A stretch of DNA of 64,000 nt from Camelus dromedarius (lineage: Eukaryota): the NCBI RefSeq assembly GCF_036321535.1, contig NC_087447.1:37760001-37824000 (forward strand), written 5' to 3'. This document shows positions 13,660 to 27,520 of this stretch, one piece after another. Each line of letters begins with the position of its first letter. Position 1 is the first letter of the stretch. The translations under genes were made by a program, and so were the position numbers. The notes under the pieces were generated by a model. That model saw nothing but the letters and a program-made list of their open reading frames with translations, made no database searches and was not told where the DNA came from.

Positions 13660-14250
13660 AATCCATCCCCGGGAGCGCCTCTACTTACTCTGAGAGAGTG
13701 AGAGCCGGTGTGAGCAGCTGTGTGCAGCGGTCAGGCCAGCGGTGGCAGGCACAGCTGGGGCTCCTGAGGCTGTGAGCAAGTGGCCCGCTTGGCCGGCCCA
13801 GCCCCGAGGGCCGCCCGCTGCCCCGCGCCCCCGCCCCCGCCCCGCTCTGCCCCCGCCCGCCGCTCCCGGCCGCCACAGGACCTCCGGCGACAGCGTGCTC
13901 CCTGCCAAGCCTCTGTCCCGCGTCAGCCACCGCTGCCTGGAGTCTCAGCCCGGGCCATGAGGCTATTTTGGTGCCCCAGGCAGTGGAATCCTCGCGCGCT
14001 AGGCGGTGGGGAGCGCTGGAATGGGGACGCGGTTAAGTCTAATTAGAGACCCGGCTCACCCCGGGGCCAGGCGGGAGTCACAGCGGCGGGTAAGCACCCG
14101 GGAGCCTGGGAGCCGTCCCGGCGGGGGTGCCCACATGTGCCCCACATGCCAACATCTGGAGAGGGAAGGGAATGCGCCGCGATCATTTCCCTTGGAGCTG
14201 AAACAAAACAAGGAGGGGTCTGGGTGTGGTTCACATGCTCTGCGGAGGGA
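13660..14250. promoter_or_regulatory. INSC: CpG island / GC-box promoter of INSC
   Basis: Very GC- and CpG-rich; clustered Sp/KLF boxes ccccgcgcccccgcccccgccccgc at ~13821-13865. Confidence 0.85.
13689..13830 (-). other. INSC: INSC alternative non-coding first exon (CpG-island promoter); 5' boundary uncertain
   Basis: Strong donor CAGA|gtaagtag with GT at 13688-13687; lies in a CpG island ~2 kb downstream of the coding first exon, as I recall for human INSC. Confidence 0.6.
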
Positions 14251-15593
14251 ACCGCTAAACTTTTGAGCAACCCCCAAACGCCTGGAATGCCGTGTGGTTT
14301 ATTCAGCACAGGTACTTCCCTTTGGAACCTAAGTCACTCCATAAGATCACCCACATGCCGAAAAGGACAGAAGATGGTTGCAGGGACTCCTTCTAACTTA
14401 GGGCACATCAAACTTCCCCCTGGACTTCTACGTCTAGAAAAGAAGGTGGATTCCTACCTAAAAGCTAAGGAATATTGCATTCTTGAACTGGAAGGAAGCT
14501 GCAAGGTCATTCCATCCAATTCCCTCCATCCTGTCACGAGTTCCCCAAGGAGCCTAGAGGGCTTCTACCCACTCTCAGGGGTCGCCAAGGAAGAGCAGCC
14601 CCTAGCCTCCCTTGGGCACTGTTTCCAATCTTGAACCTGCTCACTGACAGGAAGTTCTCCCTAGTGTCTAACCTAAATCCCTCCTGTGCAAATTATGTCA
14701 ACATGCTCACACTTTGTGTTCAGGGACAGAAAAACCAGCTCCGTCTCCATGACACAATGGCCACTCCAAGGTCCCATCTCAGCATCTCTTCCTTAACACT
14801 AATATCCTTGTTCACTTTTTCAGGCCTTGGCTAAAAATGATGATTGTTCCTTGGCCCTGGATGCATTGCAGCTCCTGACACTAACTCAGCTGCCTCAGCT
14901 TTCTGGGGACCCCAGAGTCGGTAGGTATCCAAGTCATTGCCCTCAGACAAGCCAGCTTTGAATACAGCCTCTATCCATTTGAGACAGCCTGACTCTACTT
15001 CCCAGACCCATGAGAGGGGCTTCAGTTCTTATCTGAACAAAAGCTGTCTCAGAGCCTGGGGACAGAGCTTGGACCCTCAGTCACCTACCTGGTTGGGCAT
15101 TAACCCTGGAGCCACAGCCTTCCTCATATGGGCAAAGTTTCCCAAATCCTTGAGTCCATTTCTGATAGGTCAGGCAGTGGGGGGTGGGGGGGAGCCTAGG
15201 CTTTGTCCTCAGAGAAACCTGACTGCATCCTGCCTCTACTACTTTCTAGCTGTGTGTCCTTGGACAAGTCATTTAATCTCTCTGAGGCTCAGTTTTCCCA
15301 TATTTACAAGGGGGATCATAATAATCTCTGTCAAACTCATAGGTTGTTGAAAGTATGAGATGAGCTCAGGAATGTAAAAGCACTTGGAAAGCTAAGATTT
15401 TCCTTAGTACACTAGAAATGGAATGAGGCTTAGATTATAAACAGGATAAATATTAGCAAAAAGCCTCAGAAATCTTTTATTTTTATGCCCAAACTCTGCC
15501 TGGGTTTCAGGACGAAAGAGAGAGAGACAGAGTTGGTTTGCTAGATGTTCCCTTAGTGCACTTGGTATGAATGTCCCCCACCCTGCATTCCTG

Positions 15594-15594
<1 letters not shown>

Positions 15595-15638
<44 letters not shown>
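15595..15638 (+). repeat. (AC)22 microsatellite; (UG)22 in INSC pre-mRNA just after the exon 1a donor
   Basis: Read directly. Confidence 0.95.
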
Positions 15639-15640
<2 letters not shown>

Positions 15641-15654
15641 TTCCATATACATAC

Positions 15655-15750
15655 GGCACAGCCCAGCCTCCTGGGTTCATGTCGGCCCCATAGGCCCCAG
15701 CCGCCTATACCCTCGCTGGCCGTCTCTCCATTCCCAGGGGGCCTCCTCAT
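15655..15750 (-). CDS. INSC: INSC (inscuteable spindle orientation adaptor) long-isoform first coding exon
   Basis: Translates MRRPPGNGETASEGIGGWGLWGRHEPRRLGCA, close to the recalled human long-isoform N-terminus MRRPPGNGEAASEGPGGWGLWGVQESRRLCCA; context gccATG; phase-0 donor GCC|gtatgt at 15654; synteny with the CALC gene. Confidence 0.9.
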
Positions 15751-18700
15751 GGCTCCAATCTTGGCTGCAGCAACTCCAAGTCTCCCTACAGAGGCCCCTG
15801 CAGGCTGCTCCTCTCTCTTTGCCCATCCTTCCGGGCCATGGCCCCAGCAAGGCCTGCAACTCCCGGCAAAGGTGGCAGAGGCCTTCTGCAAGGCAGCTCA
15901 GAACTGAGGCCACAGAAGGAGCTCAGAGTTGGAGCATCACCCCCCTCAACCCCCTCCCCTCTGCCTGTCTGGCTTCCCAGAGCTGTCCTGCTTAATTCTT
16001 AATGGAAATTCCATCCCCGGCACCAGTCTTGGCTGGCTTGCGGAGTCCAGGCTTGGGCCAACAGCAAACTCCACCCAGAGACAATAGGCCTGCCTGGCCA
16101 TATAAACACAGATACACACATATTCACATACATATATACACCCACGAGCACAGAGACATGCCAGGAGTCATTCCAGACTCAGAGATTCTCACCCAGACAC
16201 ATATACACATATAATAATATTAAGCATTACAATCATTAGCATTTATTACATGGTGCTAAGTTCTTTACAGGTATCAACTTCCCTAATCCTCACAACGCTG
16301 GGTTCTGCTAGTACCTCCAATTTACATATGAAGCTCAGAGGGGTTATTAATTTGCATTAGGCATCTAGTATAAACAGCCTAACACATGAGCACTGGGAAC
16401 TATGCTCAGGGGCTTATGTGCATCGTTTCATTTTGCCACCGCAGTAACTTTTTTGTAGAAGTTATTATTACGCCCATTATACAGACAAGGAATATGGAGG
16501 TCAGACATGTTTCAAATCACCTGCCTGTGGCCTCACAGCTTGTGAGATGAGGGGAGATTCTATACAGCTCTGCATGGGAACCCTCATGGGGGGAACAGGG
16601 AGAAGCACAGGTAAAGAGATACATGCACACACTCAGGGACACGACCACACATAGTTTCTTCTACCAAAGGAGAAGCCAGGAGTGGTCCAGAGCCGCGTCA
16701 GACAAAGGGCCCCTCTAGCCTGACTCCATGGTCTTCTTCCCTCCCAAACACCCCCTCCCAGCTCTACCAACCTCACAAGTCACCTCAGGAAGGACCAGTT
16801 AGACCTAAATGGAGGGAAGATCTCAGGTTTACAGTCCAGCCAGCCAGAGCTACAGTAAACCCCTAGCCTCAGCTCCAAATCCAGTTTGCGCAGCACACCC
16901 TACATGGTCACTGGGAGAAGAAGTCTCAGGTGCATTCTCCTGATAGGATCACGAACGAACCTCAAGCCAGGAACATGTCAGAGACCCTGGGGCTGTCAGG
17001 GGCTGGCCAAGGAAGGCTTCTGGCCCCCAGGCCCACATGAGGCTGCACAGGACCCATAGGACAAAGCAGGCACCAGCGCCCAGGCCTCAGGTAGAACAGA
17101 GCATGGGCTGCCCAAGGGAACTGGAGCCACCCTGAAGACAGATGGCAGGACTTTTGTGGGGGAGGGGCACAGGAGGGGGTGGGGCCACGACACAGGACAA
17201 GGAGCGAAGTCCAGAGCCCTGGGAGTTAGGGAAACAGGACTGCAAAAGAAGAGAACAGAAGAATTTAGCAGCCAAGGAACTTGCCCACTGCTGGAAGTTT
17301 CCGTGCTAAGCTAGACATCTCCGAGCAGGGGATAGGCTTGCTCTGGGCCGCCTCCCCAGCAGCCCCAGGAGAATGCCCAGGAAGGCCGGCTGCAGCCAGG
17401 GTGATTTCTGTTGTCTCTCGAGGTTTCTCACCTCCATCCCCATCCCAGAATTCCCCAGATGTTCCTGCAGTCACAGCCCCTCCACTCTGAGGACAGCTCA
17501 GCATGGCAGCCTTGTGGGGCATCTCCATTGTAAACGGGTTTTTCGAGAGAGGAATGCTCAACCCCCATAGATGAACCTGGAATCATGTGGTCAGGCACTG
17601 GCTCTAAGAGGGGGAGAATTTGGACCCCAAGAATTTGCATTTCTAAAAGGTTCCCAGGTGATGTGGATGGTCTGGTCTGGGGGTCACGCTCTGTGAACAA
17701 CTGCTTTATAGAATAAGAGAAAGTCAGAGGTCATCCCGACTCAGAACTAAATGCACAACCTGACTTCAACATGCAAATGGTGTCCTCTGAAAGACCCCTA
17801 AAGAGAGAATTTCCAATTCTGTCAGTAGTTTGTACTTTCTTTCACCCAGCCTCCATCTTCCCAGCTTCTGTGCCAGCCCTGCCGTCTGTTGGTAGATCTC
17901 CTGTGGGCTCTGTGATGGCTCTCTTTGCCTCAGTACATCTCAAGTAAGAGAAGGCCTCCTCTGTACTATTCTGCACCTGCTCTAAGAAGGTTATCATGAT
18001 GAGGGACCTGCACAAAAATAACTGATGACCAGACAGGCTCTCAGTTCCCAGGACGGAGATATCAGATCAGAAGTTTATGATGATCGCAGCTGAAATGCCA
18101 GCCCACCCAGAGATATGAGCAATGGGCAAGGATCCCAGTAGCCACGGCTGTGACCTTGTGTCCTGCAGTCCCTCGTGTCCTCCTGTCACCCTGAGACACG
18201 CACAGTGAGACACTGCCCTGCCTCCAGGAATGATGGCGGAGGGGCCACCCAAGGAGAGCAGGGAGAGGCAAATCTGGCCACAGGCTGGTGTGAACACACC
18301 ATTGACTCACTTGGGCAACAGCTCATTGTCAGGCCTTCTGCTCTCAGAGGGAAATGCTCTTACAGGGAAAATTTCCCCCAACTTCCAGGACCCGTGTGAG
18401 AACTTGGAACATAATCAGGTTGGAGGATATAAGGAACAGAAAGGCCCTCAGTGAGCTCTGGGAGCAGGAGTTCTGAAATTTTTATTACCTACCAGGATCA
18501 CCTGGGGGTGGAGGTGAAAAGCAGGTGAAATGCCTCCCTCAGAGGTTCTGAATCAGTGGGTAGGTGATGAGCTGGAGTCCGGGTGCCCTTCTCTTCCCAA
18601 GTCCATATTCAATGACTTTGTATTGGCAGCTTGAAACTGGCTATGATGGTAGTATCTATTTACACCACAGAAATTGGGCAAATACTACAAATTGGGGCAT

Positions 18701-19484
18701 TTTGTTTTGTTTTACTTTGCTTTGCTTTGATTTGGAAAGCCTGTTGTAGACAACTTCCCAGCCCACCATGGGGCATGCAGGTCTTCATTTTTAAGCATTC
18801 CAAACAATTATGATGCAGGCCAATTTGAGAAAAAGCACTGATCAGGTGATGAGGTTCTAACCCAAACCCCTCATTTTACAGATAAGGAAACTGAGGTCCC
18901 GTGAGGGAAAGAATCCTAACTGAGGTCACGGTGCTAGGCTCCTCATGGGATCACAGCTGCTTAGTTCAGGATGGTGGGGCCTGGCAGGCAGCCCTGCCTT
19001 TTTCTTGACCCTCTCCTGCATCCTCTCTACCACACACCTGCTGTGGCTCATTGGCTAAGAGAGGGGTGGCAGGAAGGTCCTGCCCCTTGTGAGCCAATCA
19101 GATTACCTTTCATCAGTATTTAGAATTTGAATAGGTTGGACTAGAGGTTATTAGTGGCCAGATCACCTGCTTAGAGTACCCTGGACAGCAGGCACATGAA
19201 CTCCAGCTGCTGAGGGCCCAGGGTTGCCCTGCCCTTCCCAAGCCTTAACTGTTCAGCTCTTCATTAAATTCAGAGAGGTTCCCGAGCATCCTCTCAACAA
19301 ATTCCCTCTTACTTAAAGTAACTAGCTGTTTCCTGTTACTTACAATCCAAACCACCTTGAGAAATACAGCCACAAAGCAAGCCAGTGAAAATAAGAACAC
19401 TGAGATTCCTGCCCCTTTATCTTTCCCTTACGTCACTCCCTCAGACAAGATGCAAAAGAAGAGTGTGTCAATATGCAATCCTCC

Positions 19485-19678
19485 AGGGCAATGGTTTTCC
19501 AAGAGTGGTCCCAGACACGCAGCACCAGAAACCCCCAGCATTGTACAGGAAACTCAAATTCTCGGGCCTCCTCCCAGAACTACTGAATCAGAAACTCTGG
19601 GACTAGGGTCCAGCAAACTGATTTAACAAGCCTTGCAGGTGATTCTGATGCCTGTTAAACTTTGAGGGCCACCGTCCT
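19485..19678. mobile_element. MER5A-like hAT-Charlie DNA transposon
   Basis: caatggttttccaagagtggtccc...aaattctcgggcctcctcccagaactactgaatcagaaactctggg...ggtgattctgatgc...tttgagggccacc. Confidence 0.8.
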
Positions 19679-21462
19679 AGTGGGAGGGGCGGTAGCTCTG
19701 CTTCCCTAACAGTGAATCAAAGGCTGTTCAGCCCAGGGAGGAAAGGCCATCGGGGTGCCAGCTATGGCCAGTCCCACTTCTTCCTGGCCAGCCTCCTTGA
19801 TCCCACACTCCTGGGGAATCTCTGGCGTCTGAGCTGTGGCTTTGCATTCTGAGCTAAGACAGAGACCCTCTTTCCAAAGTCTTAGGGGCAACCTCTTTCC
19901 TAAAACAGCAAGACAACTTCAGCAGACGCACCGCAGGGAAATGCGACTTCTGTCACTGTCTTGGTGCCTAATTAACTTAGTGGCCATTCCCTGGTCCTTC
20001 AGATTCCCAGGGGACTCCTCTGGCCGTCCTAGGGACAGCTTCAGGTGTCCTTCTGTGAGGAGGCCTGCCAAGGGCCTCGCTCTAGAGGCCACTTTCGCCT
20101 CTCCAGTGTGAATCTACTGTTTCTTGTGCTCCCCACGTTCAAAGAGAAAGATGAGATTCAAGGGTAATTGAAGAAGTGAGGTCTTGGGAAGAGGAGTAAA
20201 ATAATAATAATAAAATAACCACAACTACTGCATTACCAGGCACTGACTTCTTCCCGTACACGGCCCTGCTGTACTAAGCACTTTCCACGGGTGACCTTGT
20301 TTGTGTCTCACCACAATCTAATGATACACTTATTATCCCCACTTTAGAGGTGGGGAGCCAAGGGCAAGAGGGGCTAAGCAGCTCTCTCGAGATCCCACAG
20401 CCAGTGAGTGGAAGATCAAAGATTCAAACCCAGGCCTGCCTGGCTGCAGGCCCTCGAGTTTCCCAGGATACAGTGCAAGAACCCAGGTACAGAGGTATAC
20501 CTGCCACAGGAGGCAGGGCACCTGCAGCTGAGAGGGACGGCCAGGTGCTAGCTCTGATAGGCTGGACGAGGAGAGGTGGAGGGTCCTTTTCTAAAGTGGG
20601 AGGCCAGATGGCTTGTGGCAAGCAAAGGGGCAGAAATGGGAGTAGGGCCTTGAGGAGTCTCAGGGTAGCTCCGCTGGGCAGTAGAAGAAGGAGTGGATTA
20701 GGAATGACAATCGTGGTCAGGCTGGTGTTGGCAAACATGCATTTGAAATGAAGCCAGTGAGAGCAATCACACATCCAGAGTCAGTGACTCCAGATCTGAG
20801 TTTGAGGACAGAGGCTGACTCCATGACTAAAGTGCTGCAAAGCAGGGATTGCAGGGAGCTTACCGTCCTTGGCAAGAGGGGAAACATCCAGGACTCCACC
20901 TGCCCATGGATGGTGGGTGCTTTCAGCGGGGAGCTGTGTGATGCTGCGTGGTGCTGCTCTGAGGAAGTTTCTTCCCAGCTCTGGCAGAACACAACCCAGG
21001 TTCCTGAACGGAGTGGGGCCTGGGCACTGGGAGTCATCACGGAAGCTGGAGCCTGGTCAGGAAAGAACTTTCCCCACCTGGGGAGTGGGAAGCTCTGGAG
21101 CTGGTTATGAGTTGGAATCAAGGCAGGTCATTAAACGACACCACCTCTTCCCAGCTGAGGTGGAAAACAAAACAAAAACCTGAGTCCTTTTGTATTCCTC
21201 TCACTTCGCCACCCCTCCCCCAACATCCAACCTGTCTGTCTGTCCCTTCTCCTCTGCCTCCATTGTGAATCCCTGACCATCTACACTCCATAAGCCACGA
21301 AGCTGCCAAGTCCCCCTTTTACAATGTAAATGAGATCACATTCCCCTCCAGCCTAAAACTCCTCAGCAGCTTATTATTATTGTGTGTAAAATAAAGGTTC
21401 TAGACCCTTTACTCTGGCTCCCGAAACTCTACATGATTTTCTCTCCATCAGGGTCTCAGCTC

Positions 21463-21522
21463 ACATCATCTTCCTAAGAGAGCGCCTCCCTGACATCATC
21501 TTCCTAAGAGAGCGCCTCCCTG
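21463..21522 (+). repeat. Perfect 30-bp tandem duplication
   Basis: acatcatcttcctaagagagcgcctccctg occurs at 21463-21492 and 21493-21522. Confidence 0.95.
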
Positions 21523-23869
21523 AACACCCGAATTAAAGGAACCCTCCTGGGCCATTCCCCTGTCAATATGACTTATTACTCTCAAAATTTCCCTGTGTAT
21601 TTATTTGGTTGGTTATTGTCTGCCTCTCCCTCTCTCCACCCACAAGAACAGTGGCTCTGTCTCCTAGCAAGGCGCTGGCACAGAGGGACACACTCAGTCA
21701 ACGTCTGCGGAGTGGTTCAGGCACAGAGGAGCAAGGAGCTGCCCAACGTGGCAGAGCAGAGAAGTGGCAGAGACCATCTGGAATCCAGAAGCTGAAAGGA
21801 TAAAGAGAGACAGGCACTGAAAGGAAGAGGACTCTGGTTTCCAGGAATTTTCCCCAAGAAGGGTGTTTGCCCCCCTGGTCTGTGAGACCCAGCAGCTTCC
21901 CTGTCCTGGAGGTTCCATGAGACACCCCTAGACTATACCAACATTTTCTTATTTCCCTTGAGTTGGCTAGCTTATTCTTTTGCTCACAAGTTAAAAAGTC
22001 CTAATTTATACCCCCTCCCCACATGTCCTTGGTAAAGATGGGGCCAAGAGAAGGCCCAGTGGTTAGTGGGAGGAGCACAGCACAGGGGGAAAGGAGCCGA
22101 GGCGTCTCTTCCCTCCGTGACTCTAAGAAAGTGTCCTTTTCCCCCTCTGAGTCACAGAGGATATAGTCCGAGAGTCCACTCAGATGTATCTGACAAGGAC
22201 TCTGAGCCCATAAGGTGATGAAAGGGGCCATCTTTCAGGCAGAATGTATATTCTGTATCTTTTTATATCCCAGGCAGGTCCCAGCAGGAAAAGAAGTCCA
22301 GTTGGATGGGACTTGGAGACAGTTTAATGAAAGGCTATTTATGGTCAGGGTTAAGAGAATAACAACTGGTTTGAGGCACCCTGGGACTGATGACGGTAGG
22401 AAGATGCTACCGCCTTAAGTCTAGGGGCTGGAGGGAAATGGCTTACTAGTGTTCCAGTGGAACCACCGAAGAGGTCATCTCAAAACCATTGCAGCAAAGC
22501 GGGAAAGAAATTCCCTTGCCTCTCTCTGCTTCTCCCTCTCATCTCCAGCCTGCACCTCCACTGGCAAAACTCAGTCAAATAGCCCAGGTGGTGTGACCTG
22601 CGGACCAGCTCCTCAGGACACAGAGAGGAGGAGAGAAGGATGCAAAAGCTATGGGGGAGGGTCTACAGTGCAAATGGATAAGAATCAGAACAAAGAGGTA
22701 TTTAAAGAGAAAAACCCAGACCTCCAAACTCTCTAAATGTCCCACAGCCTCCCTCTCATTTAAATCGCTCTATAAAAATACTGTGCTCTCCAGAAAGCCG
22801 CTGAATTGTTCTAATGGTCTGTATACGCCCAGATTTACAGCCTTTGGCTGAGGGCCTTTGCCAGAGACAAAGGCAAGAGCTTTAGCTGTGCTACAGGGCA
22901 CATGCAGCAGCTGCCGTGAGACCGTCCAGAAAAGTTCTACCAGGGATAAAAATCCTGAAAACTTGAATAACTGAAAAGCCCTAATGTCAACACCCAGATA
23001 TATTTTTGAGGATGGATGGGTGACAGCCCAGAAAGGACCCTTCTAATAGAAACCATGCCCAGCAAGGACTTTGTAGGAAACAAACAAATTAAAAAATCGA
23101 TTTACTTTAAATTCCTTGCCATTAATACCCACCTACAGTTTAAAAGATCTGGCCTCAGACACACTCATTCTTCCTGGAGGGAAAGTCTCCAAAACCTATC
23201 CACGCTCAAGCCACATTAGGAAAGCTGGGGAGAATGGGAAAGACAGGTTTCAATCCAGAAGACCAAGACCCTTCTGAGAGTAAGAGCATTCGCAACGCAA
23301 GAATGTGCTACCTCAGAAGATAGTGACCTCACTATTGCGGAAGGATGTCTACTCCAGCAAAAAATGAATAAGACCAGTCCTGTGCACATTACTCCGAATA
23401 CAGGCAATCTCTGACCCTGGGATGCTCACAGCTTAATAATGGAAAAAGAGATATAAACAGATCATCTTATACTAAGAGGTGATTAATAAGAGAGGTGTGT
23501 TAAAGTGTCCCACCATAATTTGAATTTCAACTTTATATACATAGAGTCTGTGTTATTAATTCCACATACATTTAGAATTATTGCATCCGGTTGACAAATT
23601 TTAAATTTTGCAATTATAAGACGGCTTTAATTATCTCTATGATGCTTTTTGCCTTAAAGTCAGTTGTATTCACAATTAATATAGCTACATTACCATTATT
23701 TTGGCTACTGTTTGCATGGAGAATTGTTTGTTCTTTTACTTTCGCGCTTTCTGTATGCTTATGCTTTAAATACCTCTTGTAAAGAGCCTATAGTTAGACT
23801 GGTTTTTTTAGTTCAGTCCATGGAAATAGAGGTAAAGGAGTTGTGTGTCATGCAAATGGTTATCTGTGA

Positions 23870-24360
23870 GAAGAGCTTTCCAAGGAAAAGAAACAGAGAA
23901 AAAGCTCTAAGGCAGGAGTGTGCCTGCCTGGTGTCTTGGAGCAGGAGCAAGGAGACCAGTGAAGTGGAGCAGTATGAGCAAGGGTCGGGGGAGCAGGAGG
24001 AGATGAGGGCAGAGAGAGCAAGGGAACAGCTGGAGCGATGCCCTGAGTAGTGGAAAGGGGACGGGGCCCAATGCACAAGTGGAAGAAGTGGCTCTGACTT
24101 GGAGCATGGACAGTTCATCCTTGGAGACGAGTGGGAGATGAGTGCCTGGGGGCAGATCCCAGTAGTGTACAGGCGTTTCGGTGGAAGCTCTCTTCTGATC
24201 GATGTCACTTTATCAGTGGAGTAGGAACTTGCAAGGTCAGGGGCTGAGAATAAGGATGGTGGAGGAGGTGTCAGGATTTTGAGGAGAAGGTGTGAGTGAT
24301 GATCTCGAAGTAAATGGGAGAGTGAATAGACTAAGGATATACAATTTCCTAGCAGCAATA
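23870..24360 (-). mobile_element. L2 fragment
   Basis: aaaagctctaaggcaggagtgtgcctgcc...gcaaggagaccagtgaagtggagcagta resembles antisense L2. Confidence 0.6.
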
Positions 24361-26984
24361 AAGGCTTAATTAAGGCTCATAGTCATGGATTCATGGATTT
24401 AAAATAAGGCAATCGATCAGTTTGGTTGTGTGCTTTTCTCCAGGCATTGAAGGAGCTTAGTCCAGACGCCAAGTGGCTGAAACCTTCTGTACCACATTCT
24501 GCTGAATGGTTGCCTGGCCACTCCTTGAACACTTCCAGTGACAGGGAGCCTCACTTCAGAGGAGCCCCTGCTATCTCTAGACAGCTCTGACTGTCAGAAA
24601 CTGTTTCCCCATATTGAGCTAGCATTTCTCTTCCCATTTGTTCCCTAAGTTTGAGCCTCCAGGTCTGTTTCTGATTTCTGTTGTTTATGCTGCTCCATCT
24701 CCCCTTGTGTCTGGTTATCCAGAAATTCGACAACACATCCAGTTGGGGAGGCTGGGAGAAACAAGAACTCTCACACATGGCTGGTGGGAATGCAAAATGG
24801 TAGACTGCCTATATTCAGCAAAATTACATATGCATTTATACTTTTTTTTTTGGTTGTCTTTATTTTTTTTTAATTGAAGTATAGTCAATTTACAATGTTG
24901 TGTCAGTTTCTGGTGTACAGCATAATAGTTCAGTCATACATACACATACATGCATTCACTTTCATATTCTTTTTCATTATAGGTTACTTGCATTTACTGT
25001 TTGACACTACAACCCCATTCTGCTAGAAAGAATTCTTTAAAATGGCATCTAGATTAAAATTAGATTAACATGATCCTACCTTGTGCTCATGCACATTACC
25101 CCTAAGGAAAAAAAATGAATATTTTATGAACTTTAGCTCCAAAGATGATTATTACAGCAATTTACAGTAATAAAAATCTGGAAACAATTTACATGTATAT
25201 AAGGGGTGGATGAAATAAGCTCTGGCACATTTATTCAGTGAAATGTGAAATGGACACGAACAATGATACACTAGAAGAAATGTATATGGAATGGCATGGA
25301 AAGATGGACACTGAAAAAGGCAGGTTTCAAAGAAGTAAGTTTGGCATGATACAATTTTATAAATACCCACATAAGATATAAAAGAAAGAACACACACCAA
25401 ACTATTAACAGTAAATTTCTCTGGATGATGGGATAACTAAGAAACACACTATTTCCCCCAACTTGGTTTTTTTTTTTTCTGTCTTTCCTGTATTTTCTAA
25501 ATTTATTTTCTAAATTTTCTAATACTCCATGAGTATTTTAATTTTATAATTATAAAAAAAGAAGTTATTTAATCTTTTAATTAAAAAATAAACCCTACCA
25601 GCCAGCCCTTCAACACTGAGTTCAAGACTAACTCTTCCATTAAACATCTCCCTTATTTTGTCTTCACCCACCCCTCCACAGGAGCAATCCTGGGTCAAAA
25701 TGCAGGGATCCCCGTTCATGCCCTGAATGCCCCCCACTCCCGCCCCTCCTCCATCTCTGCCCCAGCCTTTGTTCTGAGGGAAATCAAGAAGGCAACAAAA
25801 TGGGTCTCTCTATGGCTGCCCTTTTCTCAAGGCCCCTCAGACAAGAGGAATTATACAGGCCAGAAAACCACGGCTCACAGAGGGAAGAACCAGAGGTGAA
25901 TCTTGGAGACCTGCCTGGGACCCGACTGGGAGGAGGGGATCCTGGTAAAGCGAGCGTAAGCGCCTGCTTGGTGCGCCCTCTGGTGGAGAAGGGGCTGCCT
26001 CGCACCCAGCGGGAGGGACGGGGGAGACTGGGTATTTTAAGATGCTGCCAGCCACTACACATTTATTTTTGACATCCTCACCCCACATCATGTTAAAAAA
26101 GCACCTATATCTCACGTTAAATGTTATTTCTATACAAATATATAAGAGTTGAGTTGGAGTAGACCAATGGATATGTAGATGTTTAAATAAACGTTTATCT
26201 GTTTTTATCATTTTCATATTTTGAAGCCAATCATCTACTTTGGAAACTTGAACGTTTTCATGGGCTCTTGAAAAGCTTTTAGGCCTTTAGCTCATCTTTC
26301 TAAAAGATGAGTGATAGGAAGTCCAAACCCTTGCCCCAATGAATGTAGCTCATATCTACTATCTTTCTAGAGGTTTAGATCTGAGGGCAACTCAAGAAGC
26401 ATCAGATGTATGATGTTATTTAGAAAAGGATATTCTCCTCCCAAGCAAACTCTAAAAGACATTTGCTGTGTTTGCATTACCTTTTTTTCAAATTCCAATG
26501 ACCACCATATCTAGTTATTCAACGTAAATCTCTCAGAACCACAGATTGTACTAGCTACTTGAAAGTCCGCAACTTTATATGACTCTAGTAGACATTATAT
26601 TATTTTTTTGAAGAGGAGATGAGGTTTCTAGCATTAAACCCTTCTTTCTTATTAGCATCCTGACCTCGCATTTGGAGAATTCCTTGTTGTGGGAGGTCTT
26701 GGTGGAAGGTAGTACTTGCTACAATGGAAGCTGAATCTCTCCCTAACCTGGCACGTTGGGAATGGAAGCACAGGAGGTGGGCTCAGCAAACTCCCAGGAT
26801 TCTAAATCTAATTCAAATGACTCAACAACGTAGAATGACTGGAAGTCATATTCATCACTGTAACAACAACAGCATAAAGACCACTGTTCCCTCTTTGTGA
26901 CATTTTTTGAAGTTTTGCTGGCCAGATCTCAGGAACAGCCCTAATTTCATCCTGTTTCCCAGCTTTGTCCTCCACTTACCCACT

Positions 26985-27520
26985 GTAGTAAGCAGCCTCC
27001 GAGAAAGCCCCCAATGATCCTTGCCTCCCAGTTTTCACATCTTTGTGTAATTCCCTCTCACTTTATACCAAAGTTGGTCTATGTGGTCGGGAAAATATGG
27101 AGATGTGATTCTGGTATAAAGAGCTCTGCAGCTTTCATCTCACGCTTTCATTCTCTCTCCCCATCCAGCCATTCTCCTCCTTCAGTCAATTGCTTGAGGC
27201 TAAGCCATGATGTGAACAATCTCATAAAAAACTCCCACTGGCAAGAAACTAAAAAAACTCCTGCCAACAGACACATGGTTGAACTTAGAACATCTCTTCC
27301 AGCCCCATTCAAGTCTTTAGAAGACCACTGCTCTGGCTGGCATCTTGACTACAACCTCATGAGAGACCCTGAGCCAGAACCCCTCATCTAAGCCACTCCC
27401 ACGTTCTGACCTGCAAGAATTCAGTGACAACGTTGTGATACTCTTCCAAAAAGTTGCCTTTCAGCATGAGAGTTCATTTCTGTTGCTTACAGCCGAGAAC
27501 CTTAATTGAGACATAGATTG
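26985..27520 (+). mobile_element. MaLR LTR (MLT1-type), probably followed by internal remnants to ~28130
   Basis: tgtagtaagcagcctccgagaaagccccc...ggcatcttgactacaacctcatgagagaccctgagccagaacccctcatctaagccactccc. Confidence 0.65.

Noticed and set aside
13681..14634. Many overlapping ORFs on both strands
   Set aside because: CpG-island artefacts with low-complexity Ala/Gly/Pro/Arg content
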